In this document: piece after piece, positions 38,361 to 48,879 of the stretch
How positions within the stretch are numbered: position 1 is the first letter of the stretch
Layout: the number at the start of each line of letters is the position of its first letter
From: Candidatus Omnitrophota bacterium
Lineage (GTDB): Bacteria; Omnitrophota; Gorgyraeia; B26-G9
NCBI GenBank assembly: GCA_018817165.1
Contig: JAHITY010000114.1
Span: 81,721 to 145,720, forward strand
Length of the DNA: 64,000 nt
Direction of reading: 5' to 3'
The notes under the pieces: model-generated
The model's input: the letters and a program-made list of their open reading frames with translations, nothing else
Told to the model about the DNA's origin: nothing
Database searches by the model: none
Position numbers and translations under genes: made by a program

Positions 38361-39532
38361 TCAAAAACCAGACCATAATTTGTTTATCTACAATTGATTG
38401 GCACTATGCTAAGCAAAGACATCAAATCTTGATGGAAAAGTTCGCGCAAAACGATAATCAAGTTATTTTTGTTGAGCATCTGGGTTTTTCCCGTCAAAAA
38501 ATAACAGATTTCGCGAATATTGCCCGCAGGGTTTTTCGGGCCTTGTTTTCCTCAAAAAACATTCGCTCGGAAATTAAGCTGATTCCCAATCTTCAAATCA
38601 TTACGCCTTTAGTTTTGCCTCCGCAGAACAAATTGTTTAATTTTATTAATAAACATTTTTTTCTTAAATTACTAGCGGAAAAACTACGCAAGCTGGCTGA
38701 TAAGCAGCCGATTGTTTGGACTTATCTGGCGACAACCACTGCAGTGAATCTGATAAACAAATTAGACCCAAAAATCTTAATCTATGATTGTGTGTATGAT
38801 GCCTTGCGGCATCCTGAGGCTCCTAAGGATATCGCTCAATCTGAGCAGAAAATATTAGCCCAGGCAGATATTGTTTTAACTGACGCGCTTTATTTTTATA
38901 ATCATAAGAAAAATTTTAATAAAAATGTGTATCAAATTCCCCCGGGTGTTGATTTTAAGCATTTTAATCAGCCGGCTGAGAATGGTGAATTGCTGCTGGC
39001 GGATATTAAACCGCCCCGGATTTGTTTTTTTGGCTGTATGGGCAGGGGAAATATCCGGATTGATTTTGATTTACTGGAATTTATTGCCAGACAAAAGCCG
39101 GATTGGTCAATTGTGAATATCGGGCCATTGGTGAATATGGAAGTACCGGAAAATTTAGCCGGCCTGGATAATATTAAATGGTTGGGATTTATTTCCTATA
39201 GCGATCTGCCGCGGTATCTTCTACAGTGCGATCTGTTGATCTTGCCGTATCAATTAAATGATTTTACTGAATCAGTACTCCCGGCTAAGGTTTTTGAGTG
39301 TTTGGCCACGGGGAAACCGGTTGTGTCCACGGCTTTGCCGGAATTAAAACCTTATAAGCAGTATTTTTGTATCGCGGAAAATGAACAAGAATTTTTAAAC
39401 GGGATTGAGTCTGCTTTGGACAATGATACTAAAGAAAATAAGCAGCAAAGAATTGATTTTGCCCGGACAAATACCTGGGAAGAGCGGTTTGAAGCGATTT
39501 GTGCGATCTTAAATTCTAAATTAACAGAATAA
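38357..39532 (+). CDS. Glycosyltransferase (GT4/GT1-like C-terminal domain)
   Basis: C-terminal ...VFECLATGKPVVSTALPEL... resembles GT-B nucleotide-sugar binding block; weak. Confidence 0.5.
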   Translation: MIKNQTIICLSTIDWHYAKQRHQILMEKFAQNDNQVIFVEHLGFSRQKITDFANIARRVFRALFSSKNIRSEIKLIPNLQIITPLVLPPQNKLFNFINKHFFLKLLAEKLRKLADKQPIVWTYLATTTAVNLINKLDPKILIYDCVYDALRHPEAPKDIAQSEQKILAQADIVLTDALYFYNHKKNFNKNVYQIPPGVDFKHFNQPAENGELLLADIKPPRICFFGCMGRGNIRIDFDLLEFIARQKPDWSIVNIGPLVNMEVPENLAGLDNIKWLGFISYSDLPRYLLQCDLLILPYQLNDFTESVLPAKVFECLATGKPVVSTALPELKPYKQYFCIAENEQEFLNGIESALDNDTKENKQQRIDFARTNTWEERFEAICAILNSKLTE

Positions 39533-39564
39533 TAAATAGTTTATGCGGAATATAATTATAAAGC

Positions 39565-41037
39565 GTGGATCTTATGAAAAATATGACAATTAGTAAAATC
39601 TTGATAATCGGATTAGTTTGTTTGCTGATCGGGGGGATTTTGCCGTATTTGTTTCTGAATTTGTCGGGCAAGCTGATTATTTTGTTTGGCGCTTTATTGG
39701 TTATTTTAGGTCTGCTGCTGATTAAAAAAGGTAAAATCACGATTTATGATTGGCTAATTTTATTTTTTCTCAGCATTCCATTTCATGATTATCGGATAAT
39801 GTTTGGTTCTTTCTTTTTGAGATTGACCGAGGTTTGTTTTATTCCTTTGCTGGTCTGGGGAGTAATTCAAATGACCCGGCAGGAGGCTGATCGGAGAAAT
39901 TTGTTTAAACTTAACGCGGAATATATAATTCTCCTGTTTTTTTCTGCTTTTACGGCTATGTCGGTTTTGCTTTCAGCTGATCCGTTTGTTGGCACATATC
40001 GCACAATAATTCTTGCTTATCTAGTTATCCTGTCGTTCATTATTTCTAAAGTGCTGAAAGAGGAAGATAAGATTTATCTGATTGTCAAAGCCCTGATCGC
40101 GGTTTCCGCGGGGGCGAGTATTTTCGCGATTTTACAGGCTTTTTTGCCGGCATTTCAGCCGTTTTACCCAATCCCTTTGATTCAATTAGGTTCTGTAACT
40201 CTCTACCGCAGCGGTGTGGGCTGGCAAAATCCAAATTATTTCGCTTTGTATCTAAGCATGATTTTGCCGATCACTTATGTTTGTAAAATATATAAACTGT
40301 TCCCGGAAAAAAAATTTATCCAAACTTGCTTTGTTTTACAGACATGCGGTATATTCTGTACTTATTCTAGATTAGGATTTATTTCCCTGGGGCTGACTTT
40401 TCTTTTTCTGTTGTGGGTAAGAGGCAAGAAGACATTGGTGTTGATCATGGTGATTGTTATCGCTGTTTTATCAGTGCTTACATTTACTAGTATGGCCTAT
40501 ATTTACGAGCATAATCCTTATTTGGCAGTAACAATATTCCGCATCCCTAATCCTGGCTTAGTATTGAAGAATCCTTTGTTGATCGCCGGATGGCGGAGAG
40601 ATGCCTGGGTGGCCAATGCCCGGATGTTTTTAGATCATCCCTTTATTGGTATCGGTCCGTTTATGTCCACGGCAATGTATGAACAATATCGGCCGACTGA
40701 TCAGGTCTATCCTTGGAAATCAGGATTAGCTGTGCACAGTGAATATTTGTCTTTACTGTCTGAACGAGGGATAATTGGCACTGCTTTGTTTTTTCTGTTT
40801 TTATTGTTTTTAATGACCCGGGCAAATCTTTATTATCAGCAAAATAAGTCAGCGGTCTCTGGTAAACTGATGCTGGGATTATGGGCAAGCATTGTTAATT
40901 TTATCTGGTTTTCTTTTGGCGGTGCAACGATTTACTCCGTAGAGTTCTGGATCAATGTGGGATTGATTCTCGCGGTGTATAATCTGGGCAAAGCAAAGCG
41001 GATCGAAGAAAATCAATTGAATCAACTTGATAAATAA
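39565..41037 (+). CDS. O-antigen ligase / Wzy-type polymerase family membrane protein
   Basis: About 11 TM; Wzy_C-like block AVHSEYLSLLSERGIIGTALF (H-x-x-Y-L-x4-E-x-G-x2-G). Confidence 0.6.
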   Translation: MDLMKNMTISKILIIGLVCLLIGGILPYLFLNLSGKLIILFGALLVILGLLLIKKGKITIYDWLILFFLSIPFHDYRIMFGSFFLRLTEVCFIPLLVWGVIQMTRQEADRRNLFKLNAEYIILLFFSAFTAMSVLLSADPFVGTYRTIILAYLVILSFIISKVLKEEDKIYLIVKALIAVSAGASIFAILQAFLPAFQPFYPIPLIQLGSVTLYRSGVGWQNPNYFALYLSMILPITYVCKIYKLFPEKKFIQTCFVLQTCGIFCTYSRLGFISLGLTFLFLLWVRGKKTLVLIMVIVIAVLSVLTFTSMAYIYEHNPYLAVTIFRIPNPGLVLKNPLLIAGWRRDAWVANARMFLDHPFIGIGPFMSTAMYEQYRPTDQVYPWKSGLAVHSEYLSLLSERGIIGTALFFLFLLFLMTRANLYYQQNKSAVSGKLMLGLWASIVNFIWFSFGGATIYSVEFWINVGLILAVYNLGKAKRIEENQLNQLDK

Positions 41038-41070
41038 AAGGCGACTTATTAAAATAAGTTAAAAATCAAT

Positions 41071-42255
41071 ATGAAGAAAATTATTTTTTTCCAGATATTT
41101 GATTATCGGGATGTTTATTTCGCGATTGAAAATAATCAGGCGGAGACCTATGTATCGCAAAAACAGTTTATTGAGTTTACCTCTAGTTTGATGAAAAGCG
41201 ATGATGTTTCTGCGGTGTGTATTGTTTCTTTACTTAGTTCCGGGAAATATGATCAAATAATGCCTAATGGAGTAAGGGTTATCGGCATTCCTTTTTTAGC
41301 CGATGATCCAAAACAAACTCAAATAAAAGCAAATAAGTTTGTTGACTTATTCGCTCCGACGCATGCGATTATTCAGGTTCCTTTGCTTGGGTTGCTGGCG
41401 AAATGCATTAAAAATAAAATCAAGACTTGCCTGATTATTGCGGATAGCTTTACCGGAACCGGTTTGCGCGGTTTCATTTGGACAAGGATGTTTGCTTGGC
41501 TGTTAAATAATAAATATGTGGAGTTGGTTTCTAATCATAATTATCCGGCAGCTAATTTATTAAAAAGCTTTGGTGTTAAGCCAAATAAGATTATTCCTTG
41601 GGATCAATCCTGGGATCAGCAAACTGATAAATTCGCGGTAAAGGTTCTAAACTCCCTGCCTGATGTATGGAAATTTTTCTATGCCGGCAGAATCTTAACC
41701 GAAAAGGGAGTCGGCGATATTATTCAGGCCATATCTCTGCTCAAACAAAACAAAGTGCAAGCTTGCGCCGTGTTTGTTGGTTCAGGTAATATTACTGATT
41801 TTGAAAAACAGGCCGCTGATTTGGGGATATCGGAAAACATTGCTTTTTTAGGCTCGGTTGCCCATGCTCAGGTGCTTAGCGGTATGCGTAATGCCGACAT
41901 TGTGATTGTGCCCAGTCAGATTAAATCCAGCGAAGGCATGCCTTGTACAATATATGAATCGTTTATCGTGAAAACTCCGCTGATTATTTCAGATCATCCG
42001 ATGATGAAAAAAGCAATTAAAAACTGTGTTTTCTTTAAAGCCAATGATCCCGGGTCATTGGTTGAGGCAGTGAATCAATTGAGCAATGATTTGGCCGTGT
42101 ATAATAAATTGTCAGCCGACAGCGCCGCAGCGTTAAGCGAGTTGATTGTGCCGTTTGATTCTATTCAGATCCTTGACCATTGGCTGAGCGGCAAGCAAGC
42201 GGATAAACAGTGGTTGTATGAGCATAGTTTAAAAAAATTAAATAAGAATTATTAA
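41071..42255 (+). CDS. Glycosyltransferase family 4-like
   Basis: GT-B C-terminal block SSEGMPCTIYESFIVKTPLIISD (E-x7-E-like); weak. Confidence 0.5.
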   Translation: MKKIIFFQIFDYRDVYFAIENNQAETYVSQKQFIEFTSSLMKSDDVSAVCIVSLLSSGKYDQIMPNGVRVIGIPFLADDPKQTQIKANKFVDLFAPTHAIIQVPLLGLLAKCIKNKIKTCLIIADSFTGTGLRGFIWTRMFAWLLNNKYVELVSNHNYPAANLLKSFGVKPNKIIPWDQSWDQQTDKFAVKVLNSLPDVWKFFYAGRILTEKGVGDIIQAISLLKQNKVQACAVFVGSGNITDFEKQAADLGISENIAFLGSVAHAQVLSGMRNADIVIVPSQIKSSEGMPCTIYESFIVKTPLIISDHPMMKKAIKNCVFFKANDPGSLVEAVNQLSNDLAVYNKLSADSAAALSELIVPFDSIQILDHWLSGKQADKQWLYEHSLKKLNKNY

Positions 42256-42282
42256 ACACTAAATCAATCAAAAAAGCAGGCG

Positions 42283-44187
42283 ATGAAAAAAATTCTATTT
42301 TTAGAACAATACACTAAAATTTCCGGCGGACAAAAAGTTTTGCTGTCAATTCTCGATGGCTTAAAATCAGATTATCGCTTTTGCGTGACAGTGCCGGAGC
42401 GCGGGGAATTAACCGAAGAGCTGGACAAACGGAATATCGCGCATCAGCAATTAGCCGTGGGCTATTATTCTTTGGGCAAGAAAACCTTGCTTGATGTGCT
42501 TTTATATTTAATCCGCTTGCCTTATTTAGTTCTCAGATTATCGCGGATCATTAAGCAAGAAAAACCGGACTTGGTTTATGCCAATGCCGCTCGGACTTTT
42601 GTCTGCGCGGCAATTGCTTGTAGTCTGGCTAAGGTTCCCTTGGTTTGGCATGTCCATAGTATTTTTGATAAAGGTATCTCCCGGAAATTATGTAATTATT
42701 TTGGTAAAAATAAAATCGTTAAAAAAATTATTGTGGTTTCCCAGGCAGCCAAAGCGCCGCTTGCTGATTTAGCGGATAAAATCGAAGTTATTTATAATGC
42801 GATTGATGAAAAAATATATTATCCCGGTGAAAAACAAGGCCCGATCCGCCAAAGCTTAAACCTCGGGAATAATCTTGTCGCCGCGATGGTCAGTTTATTA
42901 GTGGAGTGGAAATGTATTGATGATTTTATCCGGGCCGCGGGAATTATTAGCGCTGATTATCCTCAAGTGAAATTTCTGATTGTCGGTGATGTGCTTTATG
43001 ATCAGGCCGGTAAAAAATATAAACAGGATTTACTTGATCTGGTCAAACAGCTTAAGCTGGAAAACAAGGTTATTTTTACTGGTTTTCGTAATGATGTCGC
43101 GGCGATTATGCGTGAGCTGGATATTTTTGTTTTAGCGTCAAAGCAGCCTGATCCTTGTCCGACTTCTTTGCTTCAAGCCATGGGTTCTGGTATGGCGGTT
43201 ATTGCCACTGATTTTGGCGGTCCGGCGGAAATAATCCAGGATCAGCAAGATGGTTTATTATATCCGGCGCAGGATTATAAAATATTGGCAGCCAAGATTA
43301 AAAGTCTGATTACAGATGAAAAAAAGCGCAAGCAATTATCGAAAAACGCGGCAGATAAAATAAATCAGGATTTTAATTATAAAAATTATATGCTTAAAAT
43401 TAAACAGATAATTGAAAATCAAATCAAAATTACTGATAAGCATATTTATGGCAGTGGGAAATATTTGGAAAATAATCCGACTTGGCATCAAGAAGACGCG
43501 GATTGGAAAAGTCGGGAAATTATTAAAGTTATCCCCAAGAGTTTAAAAGAAAAGTTCAAAAAAACAAAGCAACCGATCAGAATTGTCGATATCGGCTGCG
43601 GTACCGGGCAAATCCTGAAAAATCTCGCTGTTTATTGGCAAAGCCAAAATATTCCGGCTGATTGTAAAGGATATGACTTATCCGAACAAATAATCGAGCA
43701 AGCAAAAAAGAATTTTCCGCAAGCTGAGTTTTCGGCTCGAGATTTTGCTTCCAAGGAATATAAAATTCAAGACAAGCGGATTGACTTTACTTTGCTGATA
43801 GATATTTTAGAGCATATTGAAAGTCCGCAGATGCTTTTAGCCGATGTAGCACAGGTAAGTGACTATATAATATGCCATCTTCCGCTTGAAGATAATCTGA
43901 TGGTAAATTCCCGCAAGCTTAAAGACAAATTTAAGAAAACTGTGGGGCATATAAACTACTATAATAAGAAAAGTGCTTTAGCGATGTTTGCTCAAGCTGG
44001 ATTAAGTGTGGGAAATGTGATATATACTTGTTCTGATTGCAGTGCTGATTATAAGTTGGAAAGTTTGCCGCGCAGGTTGATTCTCCAGCCTTTGCGGAAA
44101 TTGTTTTTTAAAATATCTCCGGATTGGACAGCGCATGTTTTGGGAAATTGTTCATTAATGCTATTGCTTAAAAAGCAGAAATTGTAG
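42283..44187 (+). CDS. Bifunctional GT4 glycosyltransferase (N-terminal) / class I SAM methyltransferase (C-terminal) fusion
   Basis: GT4 blocks (EWKCID..., CPTSLLQAMGSGMAVIATDFGGPAEI); MT motif I IRIVDIGCGTGQIL; stop codon TAG (44185-44187) lies inside the GTAGGGG terminus of the downstream repeat. Confidence 0.7.
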   Translation: MKKILFLEQYTKISGGQKVLLSILDGLKSDYRFCVTVPERGELTEELDKRNIAHQQLAVGYYSLGKKTLLDVLLYLIRLPYLVLRLSRIIKQEKPDLVYANAARTFVCAAIACSLAKVPLVWHVHSIFDKGISRKLCNYFGKNKIVKKIIVVSQAAKAPLADLADKIEVIYNAIDEKIYYPGEKQGPIRQSLNLGNNLVAAMVSLLVEWKCIDDFIRAAGIISADYPQVKFLIVGDVLYDQAGKKYKQDLLDLVKQLKLENKVIFTGFRNDVAAIMRELDIFVLASKQPDPCPTSLLQAMGSGMAVIATDFGGPAEIIQDQQDGLLYPAQDYKILAAKIKSLITDEKKRKQLSKNAADKINQDFNYKNYMLKIKQIIENQIKITDKHIYGSGKYLENNPTWHQEDADWKSREIIKVIPKSLKEKFKKTKQPIRIVDIGCGTGQILKNLAVYWQSQNIPADCKGYDLSEQIIEQAKKNFPQAEFSARDFASKEYKIQDKRIDFTLLIDILEHIESPQMLLADVAQVSDYIICHLPLEDNLMVNSRKLKDKFKKTVGHINYYNKKSALAMFAQAGLSVGNVIYTCSDCSADYKLESLPRRLILQPLRKLFFKISPDWTAHVLGNCSLMLLLKKQKL

Positions 44188-44294
44188 GGGCGCTGCTTGC
44201 CTGCGCCCGCTTATTAATGATTTGACCGATTTATGTAATTGTATATTATTACGGGCCGAGGCAAGCGCGGCCCCTACGTTGTGTCCTTGTGACC
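44184..44294 (+). repeat. Short-form GTAGGGG...CCCCTAC element (94 bp) + GTTGTGTCCTTGTGACC tail
   Basis: GTAGG-GGCGC-tgcttgcct-GCGCC-CGC, AT-rich core, GGCCG-aggcaagcg-CGGCC-CCTAC; sequence read directly. Confidence 0.75.
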
Positions 44295-44320
44295 TTTTAA
44301 CAGAATACAGAGAGCTATGA

Positions 44321-45799
44321 ATGAATATCAAAAAAATTCTATTAATTCAGCCGCCGTGCACGCTGAGTAAAAGTTATACCAAAGAGATTCAGCCGCCTTT
44401 GGGCATGGCTTATATTGCCGCGGTGCTTGAGGATAAATTCGAGGTCAGAATTCTTGATGCCGCGGTTGAGGGCTGGCATACTGAAATTGCGGTTTCTAAA
44501 CAGGAAATTCGCTATGGTCTTTCCTTTGAACAAATAGCAGCGAGGATCAAAGAGTTTGCTCCTGATTTAGTGGGCATATCTTGTTTGTTTTCGATGCAGG
44601 CACATAATGCCCATCAAGTCGGACAGATCGCGAAAAAAGCTAATCCGAAGATTATTACAGTTATGGGGGGAGCGCATCCTACTGTAATGGCTAAAAAAGT
44701 TCTGGAAGACTCGGCAATTGATTATGTGGTTATTGGCGAAGGCGAACAAATCATAACTAAGCTGATCGATTGCATTAATCAAAAACAATCTGTATCTGAA
44801 ATTGATGGCTTAGCTTATAAACAAGATAATAATATAATCGTAAACCCCAAAACCAGTTTTATTCAGGATCTGGATGCCTTGCCTTTTCCCGCCCGGCATT
44901 TATTACCCATGGATAAATATTTTAAGATCAATATGCCTCATGGTGTAACTACCCGGCGGAGTCCGAACACTTCGCTGATTACTTCGCGGGGTTGTCCGGC
45001 ACAGTGTATTTTTTGCGCGATTCATCCGATCTGGGGTAAAAAATTTCGCGCTCGATCAGCGGAAAATGTAGTCCAAGAAATAAAACATTTGATCAGTACT
45101 TATGGGATTCAGGAGCTGCAGTTTGAAGATGATAATCTGACTTTTGATAAACCAAGAGCAATGAGTATCTTTGATCAGATGATCCAAGAAAAACTCGATA
45201 TTCTCTGGACTACGCCCAATGGGGTGGCTTTGTGGGCCATGGATGAGGCCATGCTGTTAAAAATGAAGCAAAGCGGCTGTTACCGGCTTTGTTTGGCCAT
45301 TGAAAGCGGGGATCAGGATGTACTGCATAAGATTATCAATAAACCCTTGGATTTAAACAAAGCCAAGCATTTGATCAGCTTTGCTTATAAAAATGGATTT
45401 GAAACAGATGCTTTTTTTGTGATTGGCTTTCCCGGAGAAACTAAGCAGCAGATCAAGCGGACTTTTAGCTTTGGCCGCAGTCTGGATGTAAGCAATGTTA
45501 ATTATTATATTGCTACGCCTTATCCCGGGACAAAGCTTTATGAGCAGTGTGTTAAAAACAATTATCTGGTCAAAGATTTTCAGGCTGACAGTTTGGGCGT
45601 GAAAAAAGGAGTGATTATAACTTCCGAGTTTACTCCTGAAGAATTAGAAAAAATGGTTTCGCAGGAAAAGCTTTTATTTTATGTGTTTCTTTTGTTTAAA
45701 AATCCCAAAGCTTTTTATACTAAAGTCATAAAACGCTTTGTCCAAGACCCGACTTATTTTATTAATTTTGTTAAAAATATATTCAAAAAAATCCTGTAG
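44321..45799 (+). CDS. B12-binding-domain radical SAM enzyme (class B)
   Basis: TSRGCPAQCIFCAI, DALPFPARH block; stop TAG (45797-45799) inside the next repeat terminus. Confidence 0.8.
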   Translation: MNIKKILLIQPPCTLSKSYTKEIQPPLGMAYIAAVLEDKFEVRILDAAVEGWHTEIAVSKQEIRYGLSFEQIAARIKEFAPDLVGISCLFSMQAHNAHQVGQIAKKANPKIITVMGGAHPTVMAKKVLEDSAIDYVVIGEGEQIITKLIDCINQKQSVSEIDGLAYKQDNNIIVNPKTSFIQDLDALPFPARHLLPMDKYFKINMPHGVTTRRSPNTSLITSRGCPAQCIFCAIHPIWGKKFRARSAENVVQEIKHLISTYGIQELQFEDDNLTFDKPRAMSIFDQMIQEKLDILWTTPNGVALWAMDEAMLLKMKQSGCYRLCLAIESGDQDVLHKIINKPLDLNKAKHLISFAYKNGFETDAFFVIGFPGETKQQIKRTFSFGRSLDVSNVNYYIATPYPGTKLYEQCVKNNYLVKDFQADSLGVKKGVIITSEFTPEELEKMVSQEKLLFYVFLLFKNPKAFYTKVIKRFVQDPTYFINFVKNIFKKIL

Positions 45800-45907
45800 G
45801 GGCGCTGCTTGCCTGCGCCCGCTTATTAATGATTTAACCGATTCATGTAATTGTATATTATTACGGGCCGAGGCAAGCGCGGCCCCTACGTTGAGTACTG
45901 GTGACTG
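45796..45907 (+). repeat. Short-form GTAGGGG...CCCCTAC element + GTTGAGTACTGGTGAC tail
   Basis: Near-identical to 44184 copy (core differs at 2-3 positions). Confidence 0.75.
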
Positions 45908-45923
45908 AAAATTAAGGATAAAA

Positions 45924-47375
45924 ATGAAAATATTGATGCTTAATCCGCCGTTTTTCCCGCGTTATTCGCGTTCACAGCGCAGTCCGGCAGTGACGAAAAG
46001 CGGCACACTGTATTATCCGGTGTGGTTGGCTTATGCTACTGCTGTGCTGGAAAAAAAAGGTTTTGATGTCAGACTTGTTGATGCTCCGGCTCAAGGCTTA
46101 AATGCGCGGGCGATCCTTGATCTGGCCGAGGCGTATGATCCGGGGTTAATTGTTCTGGGAACATCCACGCCAAGTATTTATAATGATCTAGAGATAGGGG
46201 GAAAATTAAAAGCCATATTACCGCAGAGCTTTATAACTTTGGTCGGCACTCATGTATCCGCTTTGCCCGAGGAATCTTTGAATTTAAACAAAAGTATTGA
46301 TGCCGTGGCCAGAGCAGAATATGATTATACAATTGCTGAATTAGCTGAGGCTTTGGTTAATAAAGCTGATTTAACTAAAGTCCTGGGCATAAGTTTTCGC
46401 CAGAATGACCAAATAATCCATAATCCGGATCGAGAAAAAATCAGCAATTTGGATGAGATCCCTTTTGTCAGCAGTGTGTTTAAAAAACACTTAAATATTA
46501 ATAATTATTTTTTTGCTGCTTCAGATTATCCGATGGTGCAGATCTTTACAGCGCGGGGTTGTCCGTTTCAGTGTTTTTTCTGTGTTTATCCGCAAACGAT
46601 TCATGGCCATATTTATCGCACCCGTTCAGCGGAAAATGTGGTCGATGAATTTGCTTATATTAAAGAAAATCTGCCGCAGGTCAGGGAAGTGGTGATTGAA
46701 GATGATACTTTTTCCGTGGATAAGAAAAGAGTAAAAAAAATCTGCGAATTGCTTATTCAGCGAAAAATTAATTTAAAGTGGAATGCTAATGTCCGGGCGG
46801 ATCTTGATCTTGCGACAATGCGGCTGATGAAAAAAGCCGGCTGCCGTTTGATTATCATTGGTTTTGAAAGCGCGGATCAGATGATTTTGGACAATATCCA
46901 GAAGGGCGCGCAAGCCGAAAAGATGGAGCAATTTTTTAGCAATACCAAGAAAGCCGGATTATTATTGCATGCGGCTTTTATGGCGGGAAATCCCGGGGAA
47001 ACCCGGGAAACTCTGAAAAAGACATTTGCTTTTGCTAAAAAATCTATGCCGGATACGGTGCAGTTTTTCCCCCTCATGGCTTATCCCGGCACAAAAGCTT
47101 ATCAATGGGCTAAGGATAATAATTTATTAAAGAGCGAGAAATATTCTGATTGGGTGACTAAAGAAGGCCTGCACAATTGCGTATTAAATCTGCCGAATTT
47201 AACTTCCCAAGAATTGGTGGAATGGTGTGATATCAGTCGGAAAAAATATTATCTTAGCTTTAGATATCTTTGCTATAAAACGATCCAAATGATCTTACAT
47301 CCTCAAGAGATTAAGCGAACATTTCGGGCAATGTTTAAATTTAGAAAATTCCTCTGGCGCGGCAGTTTTAAATGA
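45924..47375 (+). CDS. B12-binding-domain radical SAM enzyme (class B)
   Basis: TARGCPFQCFFCVY cluster motif, 483 aa. Confidence 0.8.
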   Translation: MKILMLNPPFFPRYSRSQRSPAVTKSGTLYYPVWLAYATAVLEKKGFDVRLVDAPAQGLNARAILDLAEAYDPGLIVLGTSTPSIYNDLEIGGKLKAILPQSFITLVGTHVSALPEESLNLNKSIDAVARAEYDYTIAELAEALVNKADLTKVLGISFRQNDQIIHNPDREKISNLDEIPFVSSVFKKHLNINNYFFAASDYPMVQIFTARGCPFQCFFCVYPQTIHGHIYRTRSAENVVDEFAYIKENLPQVREVVIEDDTFSVDKKRVKKICELLIQRKINLKWNANVRADLDLATMRLMKKAGCRLIIIGFESADQMILDNIQKGAQAEKMEQFFSNTKKAGLLLHAAFMAGNPGETRETLKKTFAFAKKSMPDTVQFFPLMAYPGTKAYQWAKDNNLLKSEKYSDWVTKEGLHNCVLNLPNLTSQELVEWCDISRKKYYLSFRYLCYKTIQMILHPQEIKRTFRAMFKFRKFLWRGSFK

Positions 47376-47524
47376 GAGCCTGACTTACAGAGCGTTAGCG
47401 ATGTCAAGTCAGCCTGCTCGAATTTAGTCCGAAATAGCTGCGACCAAGCAGATATTTTCGGAATCATTATTATAAAAGCAGCGAATAGCGTTTAGCGTAT
47501 AGGAAAAAGATAAAAACAGAAATT

Positions 47525-47551
47525 GTAGGGGCCGATCCATGTATCGACCCG
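47525..47551 (+). repeat. Solo left-end half element (GTAGGGG + hairpin GGCCGATccatgtATCGACC)
   Basis: Shares GTAGGGG terminus and GC hairpin but lacks core/right end; about 45 nt of AT-rich spacer separates it from the full copy. Confidence 0.5.
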
Positions 47552-47594
47552 TTACAAAATGATAAAAAATATCATGAAAAATGATAATCATAAA

Positions 47595-47697
47595 GTAGGG
47601 GCGCTGCTTGCCTGCGCCCGCTTATTAATGATTTTACCGATTTATGGAATTGTATATTATTACGGGCCGAGGCAAGCGCGGCCCCTACGTTGTGACC
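47595..47697 (+). repeat. Short-form GTAGGGG...CCCCTAC element + GTTGTGACC tail
   Basis: Same architecture as 44184/45796 copies. Confidence 0.75.
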
Positions 47698-47715
47698 TTT
47701 TAAAAAAGGAAAATT

Positions 47716-48855
47716 ATGCAGATTATTTTCTGGATTTCATTAATTAGTTTATTCCATGTATATATCGGATATTTAATTATCTGCATTATTGCGGCTAAAT
47801 TATTTAAACAGCCGATAGATAAACAGGAAATTTTCCCCACAGTGACTTTGCTGATTCCGGCTTATAATGAACAGCCGGTGATTAAAGCCAAAATTGAAAA
47901 CAGCCTGGCTTTGGAATATCCCAAAGATAAATTAAAGATTGTGATTGCCTCGGAATCAACGGATAATACCAATCAATTGGTCAGCGAATACTTAGATCAA
48001 GGGATAGTTTTACATGCTTTTGCCCAGCGCCGTGGTAAAAGTCGGATGCTTTATGATGTGGTGGGAAAAACCACAGGAGAAATCATTGTTTTCTCAGACG
48101 CTAACGCGATGTATAAACCGGATGTTATCAGCAAATTGGTGCGAAATTTTAATGATCGCAAAATCGGGGGAGTATTAGGCAGTTTAATTATTACTAATCC
48201 TGATGATTCATCAATCAGCGAAGGTGAATCTGTGTTTAAAAAATATGAATCTATTCTGCGTAAAGCCAATACAGCGGTGCATTCGATTATCGGCGCTGAT
48301 GGAACAATGCTGGCAATCCGGCGGGATTTATATAAGCCGATAAGTCCGGAACGGGGCGATGATTTTGAAATAGCCTTAAGAATCAGGGTACAAGGTTATG
48401 GCATGGTGTTTGAGCCGGAAGCGATTTCTTATGAAAAAGCCTCAGTTGACTTTCAGGCTGAAATTAAACGAAAAAGAAGAATTGTTTCCTGGTTTTGGAA
48501 AAGCGCTTTGATCCTGCTTTCCGAAATGGTTAATCCTTGGCAAGGGTTTTTAATTTTTCAGGTAATATCAAATAAGATCATGCGCTGGCTGTCGCCGGTT
48601 TTTTTAATTGCCCTGTTTGTCAGCAGCTTGAGTTTAGCTCCAGGGAGTATTTTTTATGGTTTATTTTTTCAGCTGCAGGTGTTTTTTTATTGCGTAGCTA
48701 TGCTGGGCGGAATTTTTTCTAAAAAAACAGAAAATAAATTAGAAAAGATACTGCGAATGCCTTTTTTCTTTATTGTGTTTAATTACGCTTTTTTAATTGG
48801 AACGATCGAGGGGCTGTTTTTAAAACAAAAACCTTTTTGGCAAAAAGTACGCTAA
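47716..48855 (+). CDS. Family 2 glycosyltransferase (processive/CESA-like topology with C-terminal TM helices)
   Basis: TVTLLIPAYNEQPVI, DxD region FSDAN, QxxRW-like region absent/uncertain; 379 aa. Confidence 0.8.
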   Translation: MQIIFWISLISLFHVYIGYLIICIIAAKLFKQPIDKQEIFPTVTLLIPAYNEQPVIKAKIENSLALEYPKDKLKIVIASESTDNTNQLVSEYLDQGIVLHAFAQRRGKSRMLYDVVGKTTGEIIVFSDANAMYKPDVISKLVRNFNDRKIGGVLGSLIITNPDDSSISEGESVFKKYESILRKANTAVHSIIGADGTMLAIRRDLYKPISPERGDDFEIALRIRVQGYGMVFEPEAISYEKASVDFQAEIKRKRRIVSWFWKSALILLSEMVNPWQGFLIFQVISNKIMRWLSPVFLIALFVSSLSLAPGSIFYGLFFQLQVFFYCVAMLGGIFSKKTENKLEKILRMPFFFIVFNYAFLIGTIEGLFLKQKPFWQKVR

Positions 48856-48879
48856 ATATAAAAACTAGGAGAATGGATA

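Noticed and set aside
47559-47747. 62-aa ORF spanning repeat copy 47595-47697
   Set aside because: Reads straight through the palindromic repeat (…VGALLACARLLMILP… is simply the GTAGGGGCGCTGCTTGCCTGCGCCCGC hairpin translated); no coding signal.
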